Below, piece by piece: positions 29,519-39,563 of a stretch of 64,000 nucleotides of DNA. Every line of letters starts with the position of its first letter. Positions within the stretch are counted from its first letter, which is position 1. This DNA is from Candidatus Obscuribacteraceae bacterium. GTDB taxonomy: Bacteria; Cyanobacteriota; Vampirovibrionia; Obscuribacterales; Obscuribacteraceae. The stretch covers positions 544,001-608,000 of the forward strand of contig JBGAHS010000006.1 of the NCBI GenBank assembly GCA_044226015.1, in the 5' to 3' direction. Below the pieces are notes generated by a model, which saw nothing but the letters and a program-made list of their open reading frames with translations, did not search any database and was not told the origin of the DNA. Position numbers and translations under genes: made by a program.

Positions 29519-30202
29519 ATGAAGAGAAGCAGAATTAACAGGCTGGTTGAAGAAGCCATCGAGTTTTTTGATAAAAGTCAACTCAAACTTCCAGCGTGGG
29601 CAACCTGGACCTGCGAACAATGGAATGAACATCTCGGCGCCGACAGCAAAGAAGTTCGAACTCATGGAATGGGCTGGAATGTCACCGATTTCGGTTCTGG
29701 CGATTTTGAAAAAAACGGTCTGATTTTGTTCATTTTGAGAAACGGTTTGCTTTTGGACGGCAAAGCACAGGACACGAAAACATACGCTGAGAAGGCAATG
29801 ATGGTGCGTCCTGGACAAATTACACCCTGGCATTTCCACTGGATGAAAACTGAAGACCTGATCAACCGAGGCGGTGGCAGGCTTGAAGTTGAACTGGGTT
29901 GGGCTGCCGAAGACGAAAAGAGTATTTCATCAAGGGAAGTAATCGTTCAGGTTGATGGAATTTCCCGAAAGATTCCGGCTGGCGGAAAAATCATTCTTGA
30001 ACCCGGGGAGAGCGTCACTCTGCCGCCACTCCTCTGTCACCAGTTCTGTGGCAAAGTCGGTGATTCAAAAATTTGCGTGGGTGAGGTCAGCAGTCTTAAT
30101 GACGACGGTACCGACAACTGTTTCATTTACGGCATCAAACCTAGCCAGATAGAAGAAGACGAACCGAAGAAATATTGGCTCTGCATGGAGTATCCACAAT
30201 AA
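29519..30202 (+). CDS. D-lyxose/D-mannose ketol-isomerase family cupin
   Basis: MKRS.IN, GWNVTDFG, YAEK, TPWHFHWMKTEDLINRGG, GEVS..NDD.TDN. Confidence 0.88.
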   Translation: MKRSRINRLVEEAIEFFDKSQLKLPAWATWTCEQWNEHLGADSKEVRTHGMGWNVTDFGSGDFEKNGLILFILRNGLLLDGKAQDTKTYAEKAMMVRPGQITPWHFHWMKTEDLINRGGGRLEVELGWAAEDEKSISSREVIVQVDGISRKIPAGGKIILEPGESVTLPPLLCHQFCGKVGDSKICVGEVSSLNDDGTDNCFIYGIKPSQIEEDEPKKYWLCMEYPQ

Positions 30203-30362
30203 GCTTCTTAACGTTGGCAATACTGCAAAAGAAGTCCTGTAAACAGTCCTGAAATCTTACGTTGATATCTGCTCACTTTCGCAAACAAGTAAAGGAGCAA
30301 TATAGTAAGATCAGCTCCCGATATAGATTCGATAGTGGAAGCAATGCCACAAGGAGCTTCAC

Positions 30363-31721
30363 GTGATCACAGCCAGTCCGGAAAAAACCAAAACAAGCGT
30401 CAATTTGAACAAAGCTCCTGACTGGATTCGTTACTTGTATTGCGATCTCTCCGGCGTCATTCGCGGAAAAGCGGCTTACAAATACGCAAACACCAAGAAG
30501 AAACTGATGGATGGTGCAGCCGTCAGCCGCGGCATTCTAGCTCTCAACTTTGCTGACGAAATGCAAAGTCACAACGAATTTGGCGCCGTGGGCGACCTAA
30601 TGCTGAAGCCAGACAATGACCGTTATATCAATGTTACTTACCCAAGCAACACTGGTGTGCTTCTATGCGACCTCGAAGAGGAAGACGGAGCCGATTACGA
30701 ATGTTGCCCCCGAACAATTCTCAAACGACAGATTGAAAAAGCCAAAAACCTTGGGCTTTATTTCGAAGCAGCCTTTGAACCAGAATTTTACCTGTACAGA
30801 CGCGACCAATACGACCACATTGTGCCAATTGACCGCGCACGTGCTTTTTCGTCGCAAAGCATGAACGAAGCGGCACAGTTCATTGATTGTTTCGCCAAAG
30901 CTCTTAGCGATGCTGGAATGATTGTCGAGCAATACAATGCCGAACACGGACAGGGACAGCATGAGTTGAGCGTGCGTCACACAGAGGCTCTAAGTTCTGC
31001 TGATAATCATTTGCTCTACCGCGAAATTCTGCGCAGTCAGGCTTCAGCCCTGGGCATCATTGCCTCAATGGCACCAAAACCTTCAATGGGTTCTGCTGGA
31101 AGCGGCTGCCACGTGCATCTTTCAGCCTGGCACTCAGCCAGTAAGACCAATGCTTTTGTTGAAAAGGGCGAATTGAGCAAGCTGGCAAAGAGTTTCATCG
31201 CAGGCGTCTTGAACCATCTCCCCGCAATCGTTGCATTCGGATGCTCCTCTGTTAATTCTTTTGACCGCATTCAACCGCAGAGTGCTTCATCTGCATACAC
31301 CTGCTGGGGTTTGCGGAACAGGGAAGCCGCCATACGCGTTCCCCCACCCGTGGACAAGGACGCAGGCGCATCCACCAATCTCGAACTCAGGTTCGTGGAC
31401 AACAGTTGCAACCCCCACCTCATTCTTGCAGCTCTAATAGCTGCTGGGCTTGAGGGAATTCAGGAAAATCATGTTCCGCCAGAGCCGATCGATTGCGACC
31501 CATCCCATCTTGACCCTCAGACCATGGAAGAGTTGCAGATATATCCTCTACCGGCTAGCTTGATGGATGCAGCACTAGCTCTTGAGCATGATGGGTTCAT
31601 GCGGCAGGTTTTTGGAGATAAATTCCTTCAACTTTACTGCACTCTCAAGAAGTCAGAGCACGACCATTTCTCCTCTATGTCCTTTGACGAACGAGTAGAG
31701 CACCATCTCACGGCATTCTGA
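30363..31721 (+). CDS. Glutamine synthetase family protein (gamma-glutamylamide ligase-like)
   Basis: FEPEFY, GQHE, GSGCHVHLS, NREAAIRVP, NLELRFVD; lacks the GSI FDGSS motif. Confidence 0.85.
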   Translation: MITASPEKTKTSVNLNKAPDWIRYLYCDLSGVIRGKAAYKYANTKKKLMDGAAVSRGILALNFADEMQSHNEFGAVGDLMLKPDNDRYINVTYPSNTGVLLCDLEEEDGADYECCPRTILKRQIEKAKNLGLYFEAAFEPEFYLYRRDQYDHIVPIDRARAFSSQSMNEAAQFIDCFAKALSDAGMIVEQYNAEHGQGQHELSVRHTEALSSADNHLLYREILRSQASALGIIASMAPKPSMGSAGSGCHVHLSAWHSASKTNAFVEKGELSKLAKSFIAGVLNHLPAIVAFGCSSVNSFDRIQPQSASSAYTCWGLRNREAAIRVPPPVDKDAGASTNLELRFVDNSCNPHLILAALIAAGLEGIQENHVPPEPIDCDPSHLDPQTMEELQIYPLPASLMDAALALEHDGFMRQVFGDKFLQLYCTLKKSEHDHFSSMSFDERVEHHLTAF

Positions 31722-31880
31722 TATCTGATGCATATTTGCTGGACTAAATTTTGTCACAGACTTGTGTTGTCAGTATAAATTGCTAATGTCTGCTGGATGC
31801 TCCGCGTGTTACATTTCCTCGCTACTTGCCCGGTAATCGACAGCGCAAGTTCGGAAACCTATTGACGGAAAAGCATTCAG

Positions 31881-32228
31881 ATGAGCCTGGAAATCGCAAA
31901 CTTCGAATTCGAAGGTCCATTGGTCAACCGCAAGGGTGTCAGAAAACAACCAGGACTGTACGCGATTTTGTCTTTTGCTAACCAGCAATATGAACTCGTC
32001 GAGATGGGAGAGTCCGCTGACCTCCAGAGTTCATTGGTCGATGAGGAAAAACTTGAATACTGGCAGACCAAATCAATTGGCATGCTGACCTTCTCAGTGC
32101 ATTACAGCCCTGATGCCACAAAGAAGTCGCGACGCCAGGAAATGGTGATGCAAATTCTCAAGAATTTCGACGGCGACTACCGAGAATTTGAGGAAAAAGA
32201 TGGTGGCGTAGCTTCAGCTGCATCATAG
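31881..32228 (+). CDS. Small hypothetical protein, degenerate GIY-YIG-like
   Basis: FEGP...PGLYAIL...EMGES pattern. Confidence 0.6.
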   Translation: MSLEIANFEFEGPLVNRKGVRKQPGLYAILSFANQQYELVEMGESADLQSSLVDEEKLEYWQTKSIGMLTFSVHYSPDATKKSRRQEMVMQILKNFDGDYREFEEKDGGVASAAS

Positions 32229-32508
32229 AACCTATCAGCTCTCTGCTGACAAACTGAAAAAGCTTTAAGAGACTAGTATTCTGGATTTGCGGGTATAAGA
32301 TCAGCAGACGAATTTCTGCCCGGAAAGAATTATTAGAGCTGTCTCCAATTTTCCTATCTAACGGCTAAAATAGACAATACAGGGAGTCAACGTTAAAGTT
32401 CAAACGGAAACATTGCCCGAGAAAATCAGTCGTAAAGATGAGCAAGAACCCCTTGCAAACTCAATATGCCAATCGTATATTCTAGTCGCGGTCCAAGGAG
32501 ATACACAG

Positions 32509-33393
32509 GTGGGAGAGCAACAAAATCAACCGAAAAAGGGCTTTCATTTTTCGAAACTCCCTCGTTTGCGCTGGAACATTCTCGACATGATAAATATCGT
32601 TGGTGCTGACTCAGTACCAACCTATTTTTTCCTTGATATAGACATGACATGGGTAGAAGAACTGAGAGCCACTCTGGCGAAGAATGGCATCCGAGTTACC
32701 GCTACTGCGTTTCTTCTCAAAGCAATAGCCATCGCCCAAAGAGCTCACCCCGACACACGTACCGCCATGTTACCTTTCGGCAGGACTGTGGTATTCAACG
32801 ATATCGTTGCTGGTTTTACAGTTGAACGTTTTATCGGTTCACAACCGACTCTGTTTTTCGGTGCGATAAAAGAACCAGACACTAAGAGCATTTCGGAAAT
32901 TTCTGAAGAACTTCGGGTTCACGCTGAGCGAGATGTGCAAGATGTCGCTGGACTTGACCTTCAATACAAATTCACATGGATGCCCTGGTGGATGCGCCGC
33001 ATCATTCTCTGGGTCGGACTTCAGATTCCAGCCATTAGATTGCAGTGCCTGGGTGCAACATTTGGACTCAGCAGTCTCGGCAAATTCGGCATCCAAGCGA
33101 TGATTCCTCCTTGCGTTTCGACATCAACCTTTGGAGTCGGTGCAATTGAAAAAAGACCGGTTGTTCTCAACGGTCAAATAGAAATTCGCAAGATGATGAC
33201 GCTCACTCTTAACTTTGACCATCGCATCATTGACGGAGCCCCAGCCGCACACTTTATGAACGATGTTCGAAAGTTGCTGGAAGGTGGCTTGGAAAAATAC
33301 CTGCAAGAAGAATTTCATGAGCTTGCAGCAAAGGTAAAAGATGCGGCTAGCCAACCCGAACTTAATTTCGCGGGAGCAACAGAGACACCTTAG
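32509..33393 (+). CDS. Stand-alone 2-oxoacid dehydrogenase E2-type acyltransferase catalytic domain
   Basis: TFGLSSLG, LTLNFDHRIIDG; GTG 32509 after AAGGAG. Confidence 0.85.
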   Translation: MGEQQNQPKKGFHFSKLPRLRWNILDMINIVGADSVPTYFFLDIDMTWVEELRATLAKNGIRVTATAFLLKAIAIAQRAHPDTRTAMLPFGRTVVFNDIVAGFTVERFIGSQPTLFFGAIKEPDTKSISEISEELRVHAERDVQDVAGLDLQYKFTWMPWWMRRIILWVGLQIPAIRLQCLGATFGLSSLGKFGIQAMIPPCVSTSTFGVGAIEKRPVVLNGQIEIRKMMTLTLNFDHRIIDGAPAAHFMNDVRKLLEGGLEKYLQEEFHELAAKVKDAASQPELNFAGATETP

Positions 33394-33550
33394 TGTTTTT
33401 GTGGTCGCTTGATAGCTCTCAATTCATTGTGAACGACTGGGCACCCAGCATACAAGGTGCAAGACCTTGCTCATCCAGTCGAGCTGGAAACCAGGCTGAC
33501 GATTTGAACAAGGTTGACACCAGACACTGTGTCCCGAAATCAAACTAGCA

Positions 33551-33751
33551 TCAAATTTCCCGCTTTGGCTTCCAGGTCGAATAGCAAACGGAATCAGTGC
33601 ACACATCCTGATTGCTACTCTTCTCTTTTTCAACAGATTCAAGTACCGCTTGCTGTTGAGCAGCAATGGAAACGAGGTCCTTCAGTTCGGTCAGTGATTT
33701 TGCGGCAGCGCGTTCTTCCAACGCTCCGCTATCAGGAGTATTGCACAGCAT
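33551..33751 (-). CDS. Small protein with C-terminal CxxxxC-xxxWKP motif
   Basis: GGAGA RBS before ATG 33751; ...DVCTDSVCYSTWKP. Confidence 0.55.
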   Translation of the reverse strand: MLCNTPDSGALEERAAAKSLTELKDLVSIAAQQQAVLESVEKEKSSNQDVCTDSVCYSTWKPKREI

Positions 33752-33832
33752 ATAATTTCTCCCGCACAAGCATTAGAAACCCCTGGGAGGTTTCTACTCG
33801 CGCCATCTCATGTTTAAAGTTTATACGAATGC

Positions 33833-34018
33833 TCAGGACTTCGAATCGGTAGAACTGCCGATCACTACATCCTGATTTATACCGTTATCGACGCTTGGTA
33901 CTCTTGATTGTTCCATTTCAAAGCCCGGCATTCGGCGGATTCTCAAAGCATTTGCAAAACCCTCGGAAACTAAATTGCTTGGCGAAGGCTGCGAAAATCG
34001 CACCATATGTAATACCAC
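33833..34018 (-). CDS. Possible small hypothetical protein
   Basis: 61-aa ORF with GGAG upstream of internal ATG; weak. Confidence 0.3.
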   Translation of the reverse strand: MVLHMVRFSQPSPSNLVSEGFANALRIRRMPGFEMEQSRVPSVDNGINQDVVIGSSTDSKS

Positions 34019-34234
34019 TCCATAATCAGTCTAGCACTAGCCACTCTATTTCTTTTTTATCAGCAACAGGAGCCAATGCCAAGAGTTTCGACATTCCCTG
34101 CATTGAGCTGGCGGCTCGGGTATGATTTCAAATATGTGAACATTTCCAAATTTAAGGCGTTTAGCGCAGATCGCAGCATCATGGTTTTATTTGAACAGGG
34201 TATAGATGGCTTAGTCTGCTTCAGGTTTTAGCAA

Positions 34235-35134
34235 ATGGAAAATGAAAAAGTACAGGTTGACGAAAAAACCGCCAAGATGCTCGAGGAGATGGACAAATCT
34301 CTCAAAAACATGGAGCAGACTCTGGGGATGGATCATCCCGTAATTGCCAAACTCCTAGATTCTTACGCAAAGCTTCTGCGACAAAACAACATCAGACACC
34401 TGGACGCCCTCAATATGGAGGCTCGAGCAAAAGCTATTCGAGCCAAAGAGAATAAAGAGAAGGCTCAAAAGCAATCTGAAGGGCTTGCGGAAACCAAACA
34501 AGAAAAGCACATGTCTTCCGATCAGATGCGAATGGTGAGCTTTGGCATTGCAGGGCTGCTGGCCTGCGGTTTTTTATACGGTGGCTACCAGATGTATCAG
34601 TGGTTTGAGCACCAAAAGGACAAAAAAGTCAGCCATACATTTAAGGGAATTCAAATAAATCGATCAAAAGACGGCTCAGCGCAAGACCAAGAGCCGCAGC
34701 GGACAGTGGAATCTCAAACTCAGCTTGAACAAAGTCAGGAAAGCAACCAGGACCCGAATGTTTCCACCAGCACAGAAGCCGAAACGAATGAACAGGGGAC
34801 CGTTACATCTACAACGACAACAACCACCACCAGAATGAACATGATGGAGATGGCTGACAAAATGAAGGCGTTGAAAGATTTCGCAAAAACAAAACTAGCA
34901 GATGGTCAAACCGCTGAACAGGAGAAAGACTATCCCAAGGCATCCGCTTTGTATTTTGAAGTGATCCAGAATGTACAGAACTCAGCTCAAACGCTTGGAC
35001 GACCAACTTTCTCAGAGGAAATCGCTCAGTGCTATGAAGGCTACGGTCGCATGGCTGAACTAGACGCACACCCCGAAATTGCTGAGCAGTGCAAGCAAAC
35101 AGCCGCTGATGTACGAGCACATATCGGAAATTAA
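34235..35134 (+). CDS. Single-pass membrane protein with TPR-like helices
   Basis: LGMDHPVIAKLLDSYAKLLR TPR-like segment, TM helix, Q/T-rich linker, C-terminal TPR-like segment. Confidence 0.7.
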   Translation: MENEKVQVDEKTAKMLEEMDKSLKNMEQTLGMDHPVIAKLLDSYAKLLRQNNIRHLDALNMEARAKAIRAKENKEKAQKQSEGLAETKQEKHMSSDQMRMVSFGIAGLLACGFLYGGYQMYQWFEHQKDKKVSHTFKGIQINRSKDGSAQDQEPQRTVESQTQLEQSQESNQDPNVSTSTEAETNEQGTVTSTTTTTTTRMNMMEMADKMKALKDFAKTKLADGQTAEQEKDYPKASALYFEVIQNVQNSAQTLGRPTFSEEIAQCYEGYGRMAELDAHPEIAEQCKQTAADVRAHIGN

Positions 35135-36675
35135 TTCGCTTTCTTGCTAGCTCCACTCATCATAAGCATGTAAATAGTGGCGGAAACAAGAACGCCAACA
35201 AACCAGCCGTATTCAAACAATGGCTTCAGCATGTTATGCAGCGAGCTGCCGACTATCGCCTCAGGAATTGCACCGCTCCAGGCAACAACGCATCCAATCA
35301 CAGTCGCAACGGCTGCCGCCGGGTTCCAGCCGCTTGTGTAAGTGTACTCGCCCTTCAATAAATATAGATCTAGCAAGTTCAACCTGGTTTTGCGTAAAAG
35401 CCAGTAATCGGCAATTAAAACCCCCGCAATAGCGCCTAAACCAGCTGAGTAACCAAGCAACCATTGGAAAATATAACCGTTGGGGTCGGCAATCAATTTC
35501 CATGGCTGCATCAATATTCCAGCGATGCCTGTTATGAGTCCGCCCCGCTGAAACGAAATATACTTTGGAAACGCAATTGCAAAATCGTTTGCAGGGGAAA
35601 CAACGTTGGCTGCAATGTTAACGGACAAAGTTGCAACGGCAACCGTGAACATTGAAACAGCAACCAGAACAGGGTTTTCAAATCTGCTAATCAGTTTGAT
35701 GGGGTCCCACAGCTCTGCCGCTGGAGCATTTGGATATATCACCAGGGCAGCAGATGTGATTACCACGCCCATAGCTGAAAAAATCAGCATGGCGAGCGGC
35801 AAAGCTACAGCCTGTCCGATTGTTTGCTCTTTCTGGCTTCGTCCAAATCGAGTGAAGTCTGGCATATTCAGTGACAGTGTTGCCCAAAATCCGATCATTG
35901 CGGTAAGAGATGGAAAGAATATTGGCAAAAACGTTGATATGGTATGGAATTTGCCTTTTGCTGAAATCAAATCGCCGACACCATGGGCTTTATTAACGGC
36001 CCAAAGCACCAGCGCGGCGGTCATTATCATAACGAAAGGCGCCGCTATGCCCTGAACTTTTTTCAGGGAATCCATTCCTTTGTATATGATCAGAATATTC
36101 AGACCCCAGAAAACGAAAAAGCAAATCCACTCAGTTGGATAATGTTCAAACACTTTGGACCCCAACATGACGTCCATGTGAGGGTAGATTGCCCGGCAGA
36201 ATTCATAAAGCGCAGAGCCGCCTATCCAGGACTGAATACCAAACCAACCACACGCCACCACGGCGCGCATCAATGCCGGCAAATTTGAGCCAACAGTTCC
36301 ATAACTTGCCCGGGCAAAGACTGGGAAGGGGATACCGTATTTGGTGCCCGGGTGCGAGTTGAGAAGTATGGGAATCAAGACAATAGTATTGCCCAGGAAA
36401 ATCGTAAGAAGCGCCTGCCACCAGTTCATTCCTGAGGCAATGAGACCAGAAGAAAGCATATAAGTGGGTATGCAAGCACTCATTGCTGCCCACAAAGCGA
36501 CAAAATTGTAAGTCGTCCAGCTGCGTCGACTCAGGTCGAGAGGCGCGAGGTCCTCATTGAAGAGAGCGCTTTCCTCAAGCACAGTAAGGTTTCCCTGTAG
36601 CTCGACTCTTCCATCGGCGGCTTCGATAGAACAGGGCATATCTTTTGCATCAAAGTTTCCTGCTTCTGCTTCCAT
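35131..36675 (-). CDS. NCS1 nucleobase:cation symporter-1 permease
   Basis: NEDLAP, KYGIPFPV, ACGWFGIQ, NMPDFTRF, NIAANVV. Confidence 0.93.
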   Translation of the reverse strand: MEAEAGNFDAKDMPCSIEAADGRVELQGNLTVLEESALFNEDLAPLDLSRRSWTTYNFVALWAAMSACIPTYMLSSGLIASGMNWWQALLTIFLGNTIVLIPILLNSHPGTKYGIPFPVFARASYGTVGSNLPALMRAVVACGWFGIQSWIGGSALYEFCRAIYPHMDVMLGSKVFEHYPTEWICFFVFWGLNILIIYKGMDSLKKVQGIAAPFVMIMTAALVLWAVNKAHGVGDLISAKGKFHTISTFLPIFFPSLTAMIGFWATLSLNMPDFTRFGRSQKEQTIGQAVALPLAMLIFSAMGVVITSAALVIYPNAPAAELWDPIKLISRFENPVLVAVSMFTVAVATLSVNIAANVVSPANDFAIAFPKYISFQRGGLITGIAGILMQPWKLIADPNGYIFQWLLGYSAGLGAIAGVLIADYWLLRKTRLNLLDLYLLKGEYTYTSGWNPAAAVATVIGCVVAWSGAIPEAIVGSSLHNMLKPLFEYGWFVGVLVSATIYMLMMSGASKKAN

Positions 36676-36943
36676 CGTCCCTCCGACGGTCGAAATGAGT
36701 CAGCCCCATATTGTCTCTCAAATTGTGAGCTCGTCAGTCACCTTAGAGCCAGCTTAACTGTAGCAGCGGATTTAGAATATATAATGAAGTTCTCAAGTAT
36801 TCTTTTTTACATTGTCTTCCTAAGCCGTAGTTGCTGAATTAAGATATCGGCCGTAGCGGTTGGAGCGACATGAGTTTATGCCAGGTACTGGACTTGGGAT
36901 CGTATGGGTCGACTTTATGTGCAAACCCTTTTTGAAAGGTTTG

Positions 36944-37042
36944 ATGAAGCAGCCAGAAATCTTCGTTCTGCTCATTTGTTTGATTTACGGATATATCGCT
37001 TATAAGCTCGTCAAATCAGCTTATTTGTCAGAACATCGCTAA
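36944..37042 (+). CDS. Possible 32-aa single-TM peptide
   Basis: GAAAGG before ATG; MKQPEIFVLLICLIYGYIAYKLVKSAYLSEHR. Confidence 0.4.
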   Translation: MKQPEIFVLLICLIYGYIAYKLVKSAYLSEHR

Positions 37043-37416
37043 ACGTCATCCTTAGTTTCGGGATAAGCTTTCTCGCGCCAGAGGCGCATGCCGCCTGCCA
37101 TAGAAAGCACGTTTGTGTATCCCATTTTTTGAATATTGTCAGCGGCAAGAGCTGAGCGAAAGCCGCCACCACAGTAAAGAACAACAAGTGAATCCTTATT
37201 CGGGATTTCCTTTTCGATGTCTCTTTCCATCACCCCACGCCCGATGTGTGAGGCACCTACGGCGTGCCCTTCATTCCACTCTCTGTCTTCTCGAACATCG
37301 ACAAAATAAAATGAGTCTTTGCGCTTCAACATTTCAAGAACATCTTCTGGGCTGACTTCTTTCACTCTGGTCTTTGCTTCATCGACCAGTTTGACAAACG
37401 CCTCGGAGTGTTTCAT
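37039..37416 (-). CDS. Rhodanese-domain sulfurtransferase
   Basis: DVRE..EW..GH, LYCGGGFRS. Confidence 0.92.
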   Translation of the reverse strand: MKHSEAFVKLVDEAKTRVKEVSPEDVLEMLKRKDSFYFVDVREDREWNEGHAVGASHIGRGVMERDIEKEIPNKDSLVVLYCGGGFRSALAADNIQKMGYTNVLSMAGGMRLWREKAYPETKDDV

Positions 37417-37580
37417 TTCTCTTCCTTCCTTGTTCTAGATGATGCTGAAGACCAGAGTGCACAGCACGGAGAGCTTATTATCCGCGAATTCAGTCAAATC
37501 TTGCTTAATCCTTCAAGAAATAAGTCTTGCATCAGCGATCGGATAAGATGGCATTCGCGTGAATAATTAGGAGCGAGCCA

Positions 37581-38423
37581 ATGCTGTTAAATCGTGAGAC
37601 CAGAATGGTTGATTTTCTCGGAAGCAAGATACCAGAACCTCGTGTTCTCTGGGACTTTCTCGGTTTTGAGAAGCACGTAGTGCAAATCAGAGACAAACGT
37701 GGCGCCCAAATCTGGCCAGCCTGGTATGACCATGCGGCATATTACATTTGCGACCTCGCCCCTGAAAAAGTTTTTGCTCATGGCGAAGAAGTTTTGATTC
37801 CAGAATGCGTCAAAGCACCTGACTACGAATTTGAACTTGGCTGTTTCGTCACAAAAACAGCATTACTGAAAGACGAAAAAGAAGCACTTCAGTTTTTCAA
37901 AGACCACTGCTATATCACTATTTTGAACGACTGGTCAGCTCGCGATATTCAGAAGAAAGATATCGAAGGACTGGGACCATGCAACAGTAAGTCCATAGTA
38001 GGCAAGACATTCGGACCTAAGCTCGTGAAAGCTGGCGACTTACCGATGGACGAAAATGGTGTTTTGAGCCTGGAGATGATTCTCACGATTAACGGAGAAG
38101 AGAGAAACAGAACTAATTACAACACTCTCTACCACACCCACCCGACGACTGGTAAGAAACAAGCCTGGTCATTTCCACGCATCATGAGCTGGCTTGGATC
38201 TCAAAATATCACGCTGCACGAAGGATATGTGATCGGCTCTGGCACCGTAGGTAGTGGCTGCATCGCAGAATTCAGTGCGAAGCTTGACCCCAAGAATGGT
38301 GACACTATCGACCCGGCTAAATACGGTTGGCTGCAAGATGGCGATCTCGTTCGCATGGAAGTCGAAAAAATCGGCGTCATTGAAAACAAAGTCAGAGTGC
38401 CACATCTGGTAAAAAGCAGATAA
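37581..38423 (+). CDS. Fumarylacetoacetate hydrolase family protein
   Basis: DYEFELG, LNDWSARDIQ, GSGT. Confidence 0.9.
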   Translation: MLLNRETRMVDFLGSKIPEPRVLWDFLGFEKHVVQIRDKRGAQIWPAWYDHAAYYICDLAPEKVFAHGEEVLIPECVKAPDYEFELGCFVTKTALLKDEKEALQFFKDHCYITILNDWSARDIQKKDIEGLGPCNSKSIVGKTFGPKLVKAGDLPMDENGVLSLEMILTINGEERNRTNYNTLYHTHPTTGKKQAWSFPRIMSWLGSQNITLHEGYVIGSGTVGSGCIAEFSAKLDPKNGDTIDPAKYGWLQDGDLVRMEVEKIGVIENKVRVPHLVKSR

Positions 38424-38460
38424 GCAAGCCTGACATTCCAATAAGGCTCTAAAGCTGAGA

Positions 38461-38490
38461 AAAAAGGCTCTCAACCCTGAGAGCCTTTTT
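38461..38490. terminator. Bidirectional terminator
   Basis: AAAAAGGCTCTCA-ACCC-TGAGAGCCTTTTT. Confidence 0.85.
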
Positions 38491-38515
38491 CTTTGCTTTT
38501 AGATATTCAAGAGAT

Positions 38516-38599
38516 TGCCCTCGGAGGGATTCGAACCCTCAATCCCATACGGGCACCGCATTTTAAGTGCGGTTCGTATACCAGTTCCGACACAAGGGC
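38516..38599 (-). tRNA. tRNA-Leu(UAA), intron-less, no encoded CCA
   Basis: GCCCTTG/CGAGGGC acceptor, CCGCA-CTTAAAA-TGCGG, long variable arm, GGTTCGAATCC. Confidence 0.95.
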
Positions 38600-38693
38600 A
38601 GGTTGAAATATTCTAGCAGGCAATTATTCAAAGATTACGCTGGCTAACTATATGTATATGGACAGGCACGCTTGGCAAGCACTTCGCCTCAGC

Positions 38694-39563
38694 TTACCTA
38701 TTGCCAAGCTCGCTAAGAAATTCCTTCATGGCGCCGACGAAACGCTCCTGAGCAATAATCGGAATATCACTGTGTTCAGCTTCTGGAAAGTCAACAAAGC
38801 GCTTCTTTCCCGCAGCTGCAGAGTAGAGATCTTTTCCGTGCGAAAATGGCACCACTGAATCTTTATGTCCATGAACTATAAGTAGCGGTGGATGCAAACC
38901 CTGACGTAAAACTCCAACATTGTCTAAAAGTGGCTGGGGATAAAGCGCCGCAGGATAGACATGCATCAGCGGAATATGGTGCTTACTGATTTTGGTTATC
39001 GAAGCAAAGCCTGATTGCAAAATAAGACCACTGGTTTCTCGACGAAGAGTTAGCTGACAACTTATTGCAGCACCAAGCGATTCCCCATAGAGCACAATAG
39101 TTTCGGGCTTGCATGCCCTCTCTTTTTGCAAGAAATCATATGCGCTGCAGGCATCACTAATGACACCATCGACAGATGGACTGCCCTTGCTTCTGCCAAA
39201 ACCACGATAGTCGTACACAAATAAAGAACAACCAGTTTTGAGAATTGACTCAAGCAGAGCCGGTCGCCCAGCGATGTTGCCTGTGTTTCCGTGGCTCATC
39301 AAAATGGTGTAGGGTGCGTTTTCTTGCTTGAAATACCATCCATGCAGCTGGGTTCCATCTGCTGCTTCGAAGAATATATCTTCGTAAGTGATGTTCGATA
39401 TGTGCCCACTCTCGTAATCACCTTCAGGATATCTGTAAGGATGAAAGAGCATGCTCGTGTAAATAGGCTTTGCAACCCTGGGCGAAAGCCCAAAATAAAG
39501 GGCAGCTAGAAGAGAAGCTGGTCCCAGAGACTTCGGCAGTACTCGCAAAAAATCGGTTTTCAT
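38694..39563 (-). CDS. Alpha/beta hydrolase (ABHD13/17-like)
   Basis: HGN, DYRGFG, GESLG, HGHKD, H; ATG 39563 overlaps upstream stop. Confidence 0.9.
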   Translation of the reverse strand: MKTDFLRVLPKSLGPASLLAALYFGLSPRVAKPIYTSMLFHPYRYPEGDYESGHISNITYEDIFFEAADGTQLHGWYFKQENAPYTILMSHGNTGNIAGRPALLESILKTGCSLFVYDYRGFGRSKGSPSVDGVISDACSAYDFLQKERACKPETIVLYGESLGAAISCQLTLRRETSGLILQSGFASITKISKHHIPLMHVYPAALYPQPLLDNVGVLRQGLHPPLLIVHGHKDSVVPFSHGKDLYSAAAGKKRFVDFPEAEHSDIPIIAQERFVGAMKEFLSELGNR

